Shown here one piece after another: positions 36,486-48,619 of a stretch of DNA of 64,000 nt. Source of the stretch: TPA_inf: Saccharomyces (Eukaryota). The stretch covers positions 480,001 to 544,000 of the forward strand of contig BK006934.2 of the NCBI GenBank assembly GCA_000146045.2, written 5' to 3'. A model generated the notes under the pieces. It did not search any database, was not told the DNA's origin, and worked only from the letters and a program-made list of their open reading frames with translations. The position numbers were made by a program, and so were the translations under genes. Every line of letters starts with the position of its first letter. Position 1 is the stretch's first letter.

Positions 36486-37360
36486 TTTTGTGCCACTTTT
36501 CGTTATTTTGTATCAGTGCACGCTTGGTTATTTACCTATTTAGCTTCTATTGTTATATGGAGAAGTTCCCCATGATTATGATATCAAGAAAGAAAAAGAA
36601 AAAGAAAAATAATACGAAAAAAAAAATTACGAAGCTAAAATAAAAAAAATTACGGCAAGGAAAGGGTTTACTGATAAAATTTGTTATCATTCTTGCTAGT
36701 CAGTAAGAGCATATCTGCTCAAGTAGACAAGGGAAACTATCGCAGGTGGTCCGGAAAGTACTTGACAATCAAATGCTCGTCTGAAAGCCAATGAGGAAAA
36801 CTTGTAGACTGTACTAATTTTTCAAGAGAAAGAAAGATACCGTATGTTTGACTATTCTAACGAGATTTATGCTACAAACTCCTCGAGAAGCAAACTGAGG
36901 TAGAATTACCCACCCACAGCGCGATAAGTCACATTGGCGCCCTGGACTTGACGAATACTCCTATCAATAGTAAGGCTCGCAAACCGCCCGTCCATATCAA
37001 GCCATTAAATTCTGTTATTATCCTTAAAAGTGAAATGCGCACCACAAGCTTGATGGCATTTCCTTCTGCACTTCTCAAATTGATAGCATTGCCTTGCGAG
37101 CAGTAGATAATTTAGATAAAGTGTATCTTGCCAGGGCCTTCCCAGGCATTAACTAGATAATGTGTTCTTTTTTAGCTGAACTGTAAAGCGTAAATGTTAA
37201 CGCTGGATAAGTACCGCGTGTACGGTTGATTGAATGATCTTACTGATAGAGGCCAGGCGGTTGATACTTTGTGCAGATTTCATACCGGCTGTCGCTATTA
37301 TTACTGATGAATTGGCTCTCTTTTTGTTTAATGGCCCATCCGATCCATATTGCCTTCTTA

Positions 37361-37367
37361 TGACTCA
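37361..37367 (+). promoter_or_regulatory. Gcn4/AP-1-type TGACTCA element in the BAT1 promoter
   Basis: Exact heptamer ~170 bp upstream of the BAT1 ATG. Confidence 0.4.
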
Positions 37368-37383
37368 AAATTCTATTGTGTTT

Positions 37384-37395
37384 GCCGGTACCGGC
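37384..37395 (+). promoter_or_regulatory. Leu3-type UAS (GCCGGTACCGGC; CCGG-N2-CCGG everted repeat), ~140 bp upstream of the BAT1 ATG
   Basis: Exact palindromic match. BAT1 is a known Leu3 target. Confidence 0.6.
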
Positions 37396-37531
37396 CTTTA
37401 AGCTTTGAAAAAAAAAAAGCATCTGAAAAAAATGGCACTATAAAGAGAGCTAGTGGTAACAACTACATGTTTTCGTTAGAATAAATCACCCTATAAACGC
37501 AAAATCAGCTAGAACCTTAGCATACTAAAAC

Positions 37532-38713
37532 ATGTTGCAGAGACATTCCTTGAAGTTGGGGAAATTCTCCATCAGAACACTCGCTACTGGTGCCCCATTA
37601 GATGCATCCAAACTAAAAATTACTAGAAACCCAAATCCATCCAAGCCAAGACCAAATGAAGAATTAGTGTTCGGCCAGACATTCACCGATCATATGTTGA
37701 CCATTCCTTGGTCAGCCAAAGAAGGGTGGGGCACTCCACACATCAAGCCTTACGGTAATCTTTCTCTTGACCCATCTGCTTGTGTATTCCATTATGCATT
37801 TGAATTATTTGAAGGTTTGAAAGCCTACAGAACTCCTCAAAATACTATCACCATGTTCCGTCCGGATAAGAACATGGCCCGTATGAACAAGTCTGCCGCT
37901 AGAATTTGTTTGCCAACTTTCGAATCTGAAGAATTGATCAAACTTACCGGGAAATTGATCGAACAAGATAAACACTTGGTTCCTCAAGGTAATGGTTACT
38001 CATTATACATCAGACCAACAATGATTGGTACATCCAAGGGTTTAGGTGTTGGCACTCCCTCCGAGGCTCTTCTTTATGTTATTACTTCTCCAGTCGGTCC
38101 TTATTATAAGACTGGTTTCAAAGCCGTACGTCTTGAAGCAACAGACTATGCTACAAGAGCTTGGCCAGGTGGTGTTGGCGACAAAAAATTGGGTGCTAAC
38201 TATGCCCCATGCATCTTACCTCAACTACAAGCTGCCAAAAGAGGGTACCAACAAAATCTATGGTTGTTCGGCCCAGAAAAGAACATCACTGAGGTTGGTA
38301 CTATGAACGTGTTCTTCGTTTTCCTCAACAAAGTCACTGGCAAGAAGGAATTGGTTACCGCTCCATTAGATGGTACCATTTTAGAAGGTGTTACCAGAGA
38401 CTCTGTTTTAACATTGGCTCGTGACAAACTAGATCCTCAAGAATGGGACATCAACGAGCGTTATTACACTATTACTGAAGTCGCCACTAGAGCAAAACAA
38501 GGTGAACTATTAGAAGCCTTCGGTTCTGGTACTGCTGCTGTCGTTTCACCTATCAAGGAAATTGGCTGGAACAACGAAGATATTCATGTTCCACTATTGC
38601 CTGGTGAACAATGTGGTGCATTGACCAAGCAAGTTGCTCAATGGATTGCTGATATCCAATACGGTAGAGTCAATTATGGTAACTGGTCAAAAACTGTTGC
38701 CGACTTGAACTAA
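37532..38713 (+). CDS. BAT1: Mitochondrial branched-chain amino-acid aminotransferase, 393 aa
   Basis: 393-aa ORF with an ATG at 37532. It is a class-IV PLP aminotransferase with a mitochondrial presequence. Confidence 0.95.
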   Translation: MLQRHSLKLGKFSIRTLATGAPLDASKLKITRNPNPSKPRPNEELVFGQTFTDHMLTIPWSAKEGWGTPHIKPYGNLSLDPSACVFHYAFELFEGLKAYRTPQNTITMFRPDKNMARMNKSAARICLPTFESEELIKLTGKLIEQDKHLVPQGNGYSLYIRPTMIGTSKGLGVGTPSEALLYVITSPVGPYYKTGFKAVRLEATDYATRAWPGGVGDKKLGANYAPCILPQLQAAKRGYQQNLWLFGPEKNITEVGTMNVFFVFLNKVTGKKELVTAPLDGTILEGVTRDSVLTLARDKLDPQEWDINERYYTITEVATRAKQGELLEAFGSGTAAVVSPIKEIGWNNEDIHVPLLPGEQCGALTKQVAQWIADIQYGRVNYGNWSKTVADLN

Positions 38714-39436
38714 TGATAATGAAGGTAAACATCCCCTCCCCCCCCAAAAAAAAAAAACGAGAATTCCTCTCAGAGGATCTGTTTTTCTCTCACTTTATTC
38801 ACATAGATACATACTTTTTTACAATTCCTGTTGAGTTTATTTATTATAAGAAATATTGGATTACTATTATTATTATAGCTTATGCAAGCCATTGTGCGGC
38901 TTCTTACGCTTTTTGAAATTGTTGACCTAACAACTTGGCACATTATTGAATTTCATAGAGACTGCTTGTAATTTAGTTGCCAAGGTATCTCGCTGGACTT
39001 TACATGTAAAATGAATGCGGCAAGATACCCAAGAGAGTTGATTATGCCAAAAAAAAAAAATCTATAAGGATATCCCTGGTATTTTCTGAAGAATAAATTC
39101 TAGCGTAGTTCAGAAGAGGTGCAAGTACAGTATGAATAATGGTATGCCTTCCATCATCGTGGCATACAGGTTCAGGCATGAAGAGATGATTATGTTCCCT
39201 CACCGGTCCATAATCCTGATTTAAACAGTTCATTAGTATATGTTCAGCCAACACAACAACGAGAAGCTTTGTAGTGAAAGTTTTCCACGATCTATATTTA
39301 GCATTCTAATTAGCGGCCCCAAGGGAACGTATATAAACATAAACAAACGGCACGAACTAAAGGGGCAAATTCAAGTTAACCCTTTTACACTCAGTACATC
39401 TTCAAAGCCAGTCTTCTGTCAATGGAAGAATCCAGA

Positions 39437-40312
39437 ATGCCTAAAACTAGTTATTTAAACAAAAATTTTGAATCTGCTCACTATAATAACGTACGTCCCT
39501 CTTACCCTTTATCTTTAGTCAATGAGATAATGAAATTTCACAAAGGCACACGCAAAAGTTTGGTTGATATTGGATGTGGCACAGGAAAAGCAACTTTTGT
39601 CGTTGAACCCTATTTTAAGGAAGTGATTGGGATTGATCCTTCTTCTGCTATGCTTTCGATTGCTGAGAAAGAAACAAATGAACGTAGATTAGATAAAAAG
39701 ATTAGATTTATTAATGCGCCTGGTGAAGATTTATCCAGCATTCGACCAGAAAGTGTAGATATGGTTATTTCAGCAGAAGCCATCCATTGGTGCAATTTAG
39801 AAAGGCTGTTTCAGCAGGTTTCCTCTATATTACGAAGTGATGGAACTTTTGCATTCTGGTTTTATATTCAGCCGGAATTTGTGGACTTTCCCGAAGCCTT
39901 GAATGTATATTACAAATATGGATGGAGCAAGGATTATATGGGTAAATATCTGAACGACAACCAACGGGAAATTTTGTTGAATTACGGTGGTGAAAAGCTA
40001 CGTTCTTTATTGTCAGATCGATTTGGAGATATTGAAGTCACAATTTACAGTCCTTCGGACCCAAATGCATCAACAGTAACGGCTGAAAACAGTCAGTTTC
40101 TCTGGAGAGCAGCTATTACTCTCAATCAATTTAAAGAGTTTGTGAAAAGCTGGAGCATATACACTTCTTGGGCTAGAGATAATCCCTCGAAACCGGATAT
40201 TGCCGATATATTCATTAACGAGCTCAAAGAAATCTGTCATTGTGAAGATTTGAATGTACCTTTAAAAATAGAGTGGTCAACGTTTTATTACTTATGTAGG
40301 AAAAGAGAATGA
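39437..40312 (+). CDS. CRG1: SAM-dependent methyltransferase (cantharidin resistance), 291 aa
   Basis: The track ORF starts five codons upstream. The ATG at 39437 gives MPKTSYLNKNFESAHYNNVRP... The methyltransferase motif I is VDIGCGTG. Confidence 0.85.
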   Translation: MPKTSYLNKNFESAHYNNVRPSYPLSLVNEIMKFHKGTRKSLVDIGCGTGKATFVVEPYFKEVIGIDPSSAMLSIAEKETNERRLDKKIRFINAPGEDLSSIRPESVDMVISAEAIHWCNLERLFQQVSSILRSDGTFAFWFYIQPEFVDFPEALNVYYKYGWSKDYMGKYLNDNQREILLNYGGEKLRSLLSDRFGDIEVTIYSPSDPNASTVTAENSQFLWRAAITLNQFKEFVKSWSIYTSWARDNPSKPDIADIFINELKEICHCEDLNVPLKIEWSTFYYLCRKRE

Positions 40313-40711
40313 GGTTTACTAAATTAAAAGAAATATATAAAAAGCTGATTTTTTTCTTTTTTTAAATATTTCCCAAATGCTAATAAATATTAAAATATGG
40401 CAAAAAGAAAATAAGGTGTTGTTGCGCAGTTGGGAGTAATTTAAAACCGTCAACATATGCTCTAAAAATTTTATTGGCTCTAAATTCCGACCTCTGAATG
40501 TAATTATGTTTTAAAGCGATACGTAAACTTGTTACTGTTAACATTAAAAGATAATGCAATCATGGTAACATAATAAAGTCTCAAAAAATTCTTAATATTA
40601 ACTATAACATATGCACTTCAGAAAGCTGTTTCCGGATCATATCTCATTATAAAAAGCTCAATTTATAGAAAAATAATGCGACAGTGCAAAGTAAACAACT
40701 AAATTTGGTGC

Positions 40712-41764
<1,053 letters not shown>

Positions 41765-44689
41765 TTACTTATTGCAGTAACATAATGTACAATTGAGTTC
41801 CAGTACTTCGTAGTACATTCTGATTTTATATCTCAGAGCATCCAAGGTGTTTACGCATGAATAACCAAACCATGGAGGAGTTACTTTTACCTTTTTTTAA
41901 GATATTCAGCTAGTAACTAATTGTCGGAAAAACTTAACAGGTACAAGGCCATATTATCACGTAACAAACCTAATTTTTGTACGATATTAGTGCCCGAGAA
42001 TTTCTCCGTAGCGTAATTTTCTGCGAGAATTTCTGCGCAGTGCAAAGATATGCGACCTGACACTCTTTACGAAACTTTACCCCTCCCCCACCTCCACCTG
42101 CATTTATCCCGTCAAAAAGTGTCAATCACCTGGATGCATAAGGAGGAAAAATTATTCCAAGGATGTTGGACAACGCGAATTTTGGAAGTGACTTCTCATA
42201 AGCTTCTGATCTCTACTATATTCTTGTAATTTGGTGGGGTAGTGCAGGCTTACTGTGCGATGAGCAAATCCAGCGTATTGCTCACAGCGATAGGCCTTTG
42301 AAATGATATTGTTTGAATGCAAAACGCAGAAATGATATTCAACTTCATAATCTCATTAAACAAGATAGCATGCCAATAGAATTCCATTTTTTCCGATTCT
42401 TAGGCCATTTACAACCAAGTATCAACTTTCGTATAATTTTATTTCCATAATTATACGCAAATGCTGCAGTAGTTGCACATAGAATGATGATACGACCTAA
42501 TAAAGGAAAAGGGGAATCTGTTCTGAGCTGAAAACTGATTCAAAACTCAATTTGGACACTCGGTTCGGGTGCTGGCCAGCAATAGTTTAGTGTTATCATG
42601 TCATAATCTTCCTCATAGGTTTCAATGTAATATCGATAATTACAAAGTAGTTCCTTTTCATTTAAATTTATATGCAAGAAGATAAGAGTTGATGTAGCAG
42701 TGCACCAGTTTTGCTTTACAATTCTTACAGTTTTATGAAAAATAATCTCCAATATGCCATGCTGAACTGGCATTCTTTTTGAGTGCAAAAGGAGGTTTTG
42801 GAAAAACAAAGTCTTCTTCTGCGTGTTACTCTGAAAATGTTGAAAAATAAGCTGAATGGGGCATTACATGTTTTCATCCAAACATGCCTTGTCAATAACG
42901 AGATTCGCGACGTATTCTTTTAGTATTCTGTTCCTTTTTTTTTTTGCTCCGCGCGCACTTGAACATCTTGCATATTTTTCTTTTCTGTTTTCATCCAGAG
43001 GTTGTGTTCTAGGACTTTCTGACGGAGGAATATCATCAAATCATCACAATAAGATCAATTGCATGGGTTCCAGCACTTAGCCAAATGTACAAATCTTGAT
43101 ATTTACCGGAGACCAACCCTTAGTTTGAAGTGTGCGCTACCAGGGAATCTTCTTCGGTCATTATTTTCTATCTTCACGATAATCGATCCTCCTCCTATAC
43201 GTTAATATCGACTGATATCTAAATACATCGTTGAAGAACGGCGGAAAAATACTTATTTTCAGGTTGTCTTCGTTTTCACTCACGATAGCAATATGGATCC
43301 TTTCACAGCTCCTATCACCGCTGTAGTTTTTTATGACGCTTAATTTCCTGTTAATAAGTAAATAAGGTAAGTTGAAGGTCCTTCATACTGTGATCTGCAA
43401 TAAACCACATGGCTACCGCACTTCTTGTCACTATCCTATGTGGAGAAAACCCAGAAAAAACTTTAAAGCGTGATTGAAATCAATAATTTGGCAAAGAACT
43501 AGAACCATACGCAAGAAAACCTTCCAACTTTGGCATTGTACGCAGAAATGAGACACGTTCAAAGCACAGGTCTTGAAATTTAAAAAAGTTTCTCAAAAGT
43601 TCTCCCAAACCTTCAATTTCTATTGGTATAACAGTATTCTAGGAAGAAAACAGGCGAAGAAAGTTTCTTTACTTTCTTCCTTTAATAGACTTTCATGAAT
43701 ATCAAATGCTGTTGTTTTCAACTAAATCAGACAAGCAAAGGCGATTGCTAAAAGTGAACATATGGAAAATATATGGAAAAAATCTAGAGGCAACAAACGT
43801 TCGGGTTTCCTTTTAACTCCGAGAAAGAAAAATCATTAGAACTTCGTGTTAATCCTAATAGAGTTCAAATATGCTACTAGTCGTCAGAAACCTCAGTTAC
43901 ATGATTACACATTCTAAGACTTCACAAGTGAAAAATTTCCCGACGTTCATAGCATGTTACGTGATCGCGCAGGATGGGACAATTAAACGATCTTTGCAGT
44001 GGAGAAGGAATAACTTCCGGTTGCAGCTACTTGTCAAACAGAACACTGGTATGGATAAGATAATAGTCAGATCTTTTATTACTTATGAAACAATGTCAGT
44101 AACACAGCGTGTTTAACAGATAATGTTCTTTTAACAAAATTAAATGAGGTCTTTTATTGTGTGTGTCAAGTTGACAAGCCGCCTTTATTGATAGATCCCC
44201 ACTAAAAATACCAGGAAATGATGAGCTCGAGTCTTTGTGCCTTTCTCATCATGGACCATTCGCACATGCAGTGCTGCACAACAAAAGATAAATCACCAGT
44301 ATTAGGTGACTTTCAAAACACTAGAATTTAGGCACTTTCAACCCAGCCCAGCGCGTAGTAAGAATAAAGTAGGGGAAAACCTTACGAAAAGCCTCTTTCT
44401 TTTTTGTAAAAAATTCTGTTTTTAATAGCCAGTTCTTTAGTGATTACAGGTAAGAGGGTTTCATATTTTAGAAGTGCAGCCATGATGAAGCACTTTTGCT
44501 CATTTATTGCGAGAAGTTTAATAAGTAGTATGGTTCCATTTTCAAGAATCGAGGCACTGTTCCTTCCCAACCTTGGAATCATACTCCGAAAGGATTTCAA
44601 GCCGATTTAAATTCACCTGGTAACTTTCCTACGGTTTGGCCCAAGGTGATTATAATTAACTTGCGGCTTGTTTTCAGCCTGCGATCGAA

Positions 44690-44915
44690 CCTTTTTTACG
44701 CAAAAAAACCTTATTAATTAAGGTTTTGAAAATTTTCTTCTTTCCGGGAGATTTTCATGTAGCCTCGAGCTTCTGGATTCTCACGGGATTATCTCGCGTT
44801 ACATTTTTTACTTTCTTCTTTCTTTTTGACTTAGGATATACAGATGATACGTCATTGTGTCATAAAACCCGCTGTTGTGCAACAAAAGGGAAAAAGAAAA
44901 ATACTCCTTTTTAGG
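44690..44915 (+). repeat. Copy 1 of a diverged ~220-260-bp dispersed repeat family (core ...AAAATTTTCTTCTTTCCSGKAGATT...GATGAAGCAAAAGRGGAARAG...), 480-700 bp upstream of the FLO5 ATG
   Basis: Alignable by eye with copies at about 51600..51850 and 57960..58215 in the same orientation, at roughly 65-75% identity. Confidence 0.5.
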
Positions 44916-45391
44916 TCTTATAAATATTTTTAGCAGCCATCAAGTCCGGCTTTCAAACTTAATTTCACCCTTTTTCACGGCACCCTCGAGAATTACACTT
45001 TGGTTGCATGCAGGAGTACGCGAAATGCAGCATAAGCTACACATCTATGCGTAGATCGCTTAACCTCTAAAGGCCGTAAACTTTTATTTTGTTTTGCGCT
45101 CATTAAAACCTAGTGGGAGCTGGTAGGAAATAAGCTAGTAGCTTCTATGGATAGAATGGAAATAAACGTAGGTGTAAACACTATTGGTAGAGAAGTTCCT
45201 CTGGTCAAATTTTCATGGGAGATACGTTAAATCTTTCACAGTCTTATCGTTTTGAATCACTGGACGGTTCTGGTATTCTGCTTCATATTTCGACAAGATA
45301 ATAAATATAAAAAGAGCACCCTCATGATTTCTTGCTCTGCAGTAAATTCCGCAAATGATTTTCTTTAAATTGATTAGCACCACTAAAAAAA

Positions 45392-48300
45392 ATGACAATT
45401 GCACACCACTGCATATTTTTGGTAATCTTGGCCTTTCTGGCACTAATTAATGTGGCCTCAGGAGCCACAGAGGCGTGCTTACCAGCAGGCCAGAGGAAAA
45501 GTGGGATGAATATAAATTTTTACCAGTATTCATTGAAAGATTCCTCCACATATTCGAATGCAGCATATATGGCTTATGGATATGCCTCAAAAACCAAACT
45601 AGGTTCTGTCGGAGGACAAACTGATATTTCGATTGATTATAATATTCCCTGTGTTAGTTCATCAGGCACATTTCCTTGTCCTCAAGAAGATTCCTATGGA
45701 AACTGGGGATGCAAAGGAATGGGTGCTTGTTCTAATAGTCAAGGAATTGCATACTGGAGTACTGATTTATTTGGTTTCTATACTACCCCAACAAACGTAA
45801 CCCTAGAAATGACAGGTTATTTTTTACCACCACAGACGGGTTCTTACACGTTTTCTTTTGCAACAGTAGATGATTCTGCAATTTTATCAGTCGGTGGTAG
45901 CATTGCGTTCGAATGTTGTGCACAAGAACAACCTCCCATCACGTCGACTAACTTCACAATCAATGGTATCAAGCCATGGGATGGAAGTCTCCCTGACAAT
46001 ATCACAGGGACTGTCTACATGTATGCAGGCTACTATTATCCGCTGAAGGTTGTTTACTCCAATGCCGTTTCCTGGGGCACGCTTCCAATTAGCGTGGAAT
46101 TGCCTGATGGTACTACTGTTAGTGATAACTTTGAAGGGTACGTTTACTCTTTTGACGATGACCTAAGTCAGTCAAATTGTACTATCCCTGATCCTTCAAT
46201 ACATACTACTAGCACTATCACAACTACCACCGAGCCATGGACCGGTACTTTCACTTCTACATCCACTGAGATGACCACCATCACCGATACTAACGGTCAA
46301 TTAACTGATGAAACTGTCATTGTCATCAGAACTCCAACAACAGCTAGCACCATCACAACTACCACCGAGCCATGGACCGGTACTTTCACCTCTACATCCA
46401 CTGAGATGACTACTGTCACCGGTACCAACGGTCAACCAACTGACGAAACTGTTATTGTCATTAGAACTCCAACTAGTGAGGGTTTGATTACTACAACTAC
46501 CGAACCATGGACCGGTACTTTCACCTCTACATCCACTGAGATGACTACTGTGACCGGTACCAACGGTCAACCAACTGACGAAACTGTTATTGTCATTAGA
46601 ACTCCAACTAGTGAGGGTTTGATTACTACAACTACCGAACCATGGACCGGTACTTTCACCTCTACATCCACTGAGGTTACCACCATCACTGGTACCAACG
46701 GTCAACCAACTGACGAAACCGTGATTGTCATTAGAACTCCAACTAGTGAGGGTTTGATTACTACAACTACCGAACCATGGACCGGTACTTTCACCTCTAC
46801 ATCTACTGAGATGACTACTGTCACCGGTACCAACGGTCAACCAACTGACGAAACTGTTATTGTTATCAGAACTCCAACCAGTGAAGGTCTAATCAGCACC
46901 ACCACTGAACCATGGACTGGTACTTTCACCTCTACATCTACTGAGGTTACCACCATCACTGGTACCAACGGTCAACCAACTGACGAAACCGTGATTGTCA
47001 TTAGAACTCCAACTAGTGAGGGTTTGATTACTACAACTACCGAACCATGGACCGGAACTTTCACCTCTACATCCACTGAGATGACTACTGTGACCGGTAC
47101 CAACGGTCAACCAACTGACGAAACTGTTATTGTCATTAGAACTCCAACTAGTGAGGGTTTGATTACTAGAACTACCGAACCATGGACTGGTACTTTCACT
47201 TCTACATCTACTGAGGTTACCACCATCACCGGTACCAACGGTCAACCAACTGACGAAACTGTTATTGTCATCAGAACTCCAACTACTGCCATCTCATCCA
47301 GTTTGTCATCTTCTTCAGGACAAATCACCAGCTCTATCACGTCTTCGCGTCCAATTATTACCCCATTCTATCCTAGCAATGGAACTTCTGTGATTTCCTC
47401 CTCAGTAATTTCTTCTTCAGTCACTTCTTCTCTAGTCACCTCTTCTTCATTCATTTCTTCCTCTGTCATTTCTTCTTCTACAACAACCTCCACTTCTATA
47501 TTCTCTGAATCATCTACATCATCCGTCATTCCAACCAGTAGTTCCACCTCTGGTTCTTCTGAGAGCAAAACGAGTTCGGCTAGTTCTTCCTCTTCTTCCT
47601 CTTCTATCTCTTCTGAATCACCAAAGTCTCCTACAAATTCTTCTTCATCATTACCACCTGTTACCAGTGCGACAACAGGCCAGGAAACTGCTTCTTCATT
47701 ACCACCTGCTACCACTACAAAAACGAGCGAACAAACCACTTTGGTTACCGTGACATCCTGCGAATCTCATGTGTGTACTGAATCCATCTCCTCTGCTATT
47801 GTTTCCACGGCCACCGTTACTGTTAGCGGCGTCACAACAGAGTATACCACGTGGTGCCCTATTTCTACCACAGAGACAACAAAGCAAACCAAGGGGACAA
47901 CAGAGCAAACCAAGGGGACAACAGAGCAAACCACAGAAACAACAAAACAAACCACAGTAGTTACAATTTCTTCTTGTGAATCTGACATATGCTCTAAGAC
48001 TGCTTCTCCAGCCATTGTGTCTACAAGCACTGCTACTATTAACGGCGTTACCACAGAATACACAACATGGTGTCCTATTTCCACCACAGAATCGAAGCAA
48101 CAAACTACGCTAGTTACTGTTACTTCCTGCGAATCTGGTGTGTGTTCCGAAACTACTTCACCTGCCATTGTTTCGACGGCCACGGCTACTGTGAATGATG
48201 TTGTTACGGTCTATCCTACATGGAGACCACAGACTACGAATGAACAGTCTGTCAGCTCTAAAATGAACAGTGCTACCAGTGAGACAACTACCAATACTGG

Positions 48301-48619
48301 GGCTGCTGAGACAAAAACAGCAGTCACCTCTTCACTTTCAAGATTCAATCACGCTGAAACACAGACAGCTTCCGCGACCGATGTGATTGGTCACAGCAGT
48401 AGTGTTGTTTCTGTATCCGAAACTGGCAACACCATGAGTCTAACAAGTTCCGGGTTGAGCACTATGTCGCAACAGCCTCGTAGCACACCAGCAAGTAGCA
48501 TGGTAGGATCTAGTACAGCTTCTTTAGAAATTTCAACGTATGCTGGCAGTGCCAACAGCTTACTGGCCGGTAGTGGTTTAAGTGTCTTCATTGCGTCCTT
48601 ATTGCTGGCAATTATTTAA
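45392..48619 (+). CDS. FLO5: Flocculin (lectin-like cell-wall adhesin), 1075 aa
   Basis: It has a signal peptide, an N-terminal PA14/Flo lectin domain, and 8 tandem 45-aa Thr-rich repeats. A Ser-rich region follows, then three Cys-containing ~50-aa repeats, then a C-terminal GPI signal. Position next to YHR210C and the length argue for FLO5 rather than FLO1 or FLO9. Confidence 0.9.
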   Translation: MTIAHHCIFLVILAFLALINVASGATEACLPAGQRKSGMNINFYQYSLKDSSTYSNAAYMAYGYASKTKLGSVGGQTDISIDYNIPCVSSSGTFPCPQEDSYGNWGCKGMGACSNSQGIAYWSTDLFGFYTTPTNVTLEMTGYFLPPQTGSYTFSFATVDDSAILSVGGSIAFECCAQEQPPITSTNFTINGIKPWDGSLPDNITGTVYMYAGYYYPLKVVYSNAVSWGTLPISVELPDGTTVSDNFEGYVYSFDDDLSQSNCTIPDPSIHTTSTITTTTEPWTGTFTSTSTEMTTITDTNGQLTDETVIVIRTPTTASTITTTTEPWTGTFTSTSTEMTTVTGTNGQPTDETVIVIRTPTSEGLITTTTEPWTGTFTSTSTEMTTVTGTNGQPTDETVIVIRTPTSEGLITTTTEPWTGTFTSTSTEVTTITGTNGQPTDETVIVIRTPTSEGLITTTTEPWTGTFTSTSTEMTTVTGTNGQPTDETVIVIRTPTSEGLISTTTEPWTGTFTSTSTEVTTITGTNGQPTDETVIVIRTPTSEGLITTTTEPWTGTFTSTSTEMTTVTGTNGQPTDETVIVIRTPTSEGLITRTTEPWTGTFTSTSTEVTTITGTNGQPTDETVIVIRTPTTAISSSLSSSSGQITSSITSSRPIITPFYPSNGTSVISSSVISSSVTSSLVTSSSFISSSVISSSTTTSTSIFSESSTSSVIPTSSSTSGSSESKTSSASSSSSSSSISSESPKSPTNSSSSLPPVTSATTGQETASSLPPATTTKTSEQTTLVTVTSCESHVCTESISSAIVSTATVTVSGVTTEYTTWCPISTTETTKQTKGTTEQTKGTTEQTTETTKQTTVVTISSCESDICSKTASPAIVSTSTATINGVTTEYTTWCPISTTESKQQTTLVTVTSCESGVCSETTSPAIVSTATATVNDVVTVYPTWRPQTTNEQSVSSKMNSATSETTTNTGAAETKTAVTSSLSRFNHAETQTASATDVIGHSSSVVSVSETGNTMSLTSSGLSTMSQQPRSTPASSMVGSSTASLEISTYAGSANSLLAGSGLSVFIASLLLAII
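46207..47286 (+). repeat. 8 x 135-bp near-identical tandem repeats inside FLO5 (45-aa unit [44 protein letters not shown])
   Basis: The CCATGG landmark recurs with an exact 135-bp period, for example 46235 and 46370. Copies differ by only a few substitutions. Confidence 0.9.
47716..48240 (+). repeat. Three ~150-bp Cys-containing repeats ([10 protein letters not shown]..CxE..[29 protein letters not shown]) in the FLO5 C-terminal region. Embedded in it is a short 21-bp repeat ([10 protein letters not shown]) at about 47869..47950.
   Basis: Seen directly in the FLO5 translation and in the DNA. Confidence 0.8.

Noticed and set aside
42856-44600. Small ORFs (74, 81 and 72 aa) in the 3.6-kb FLO5 upstream region
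   Set aside because: FLO genes have long regulatory promoters. These ORFs lack domains and are probably non-coding. Promoter-associated ncRNAs are possible but cannot be supported from sequence.
46207-47286. Possibility that the regular 135-bp repeats are a CRISPR-like array
   Set aside because: The units are contiguous coding repeats with no unique spacers. They sit in a eukaryotic gene, and the translation is a continuous Thr-rich adhesin stalk.
46301-48183. Long minus-strand ORFs (179, 118, 123, 134 and 138 aa) inside FLO5
   Set aside because: They are antisense to a well-supported adhesin gene. They exist only because the Thr/Ser-codon tandem repeats lack stop codons in the reverse frames. 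They have no ATG context or independent support.
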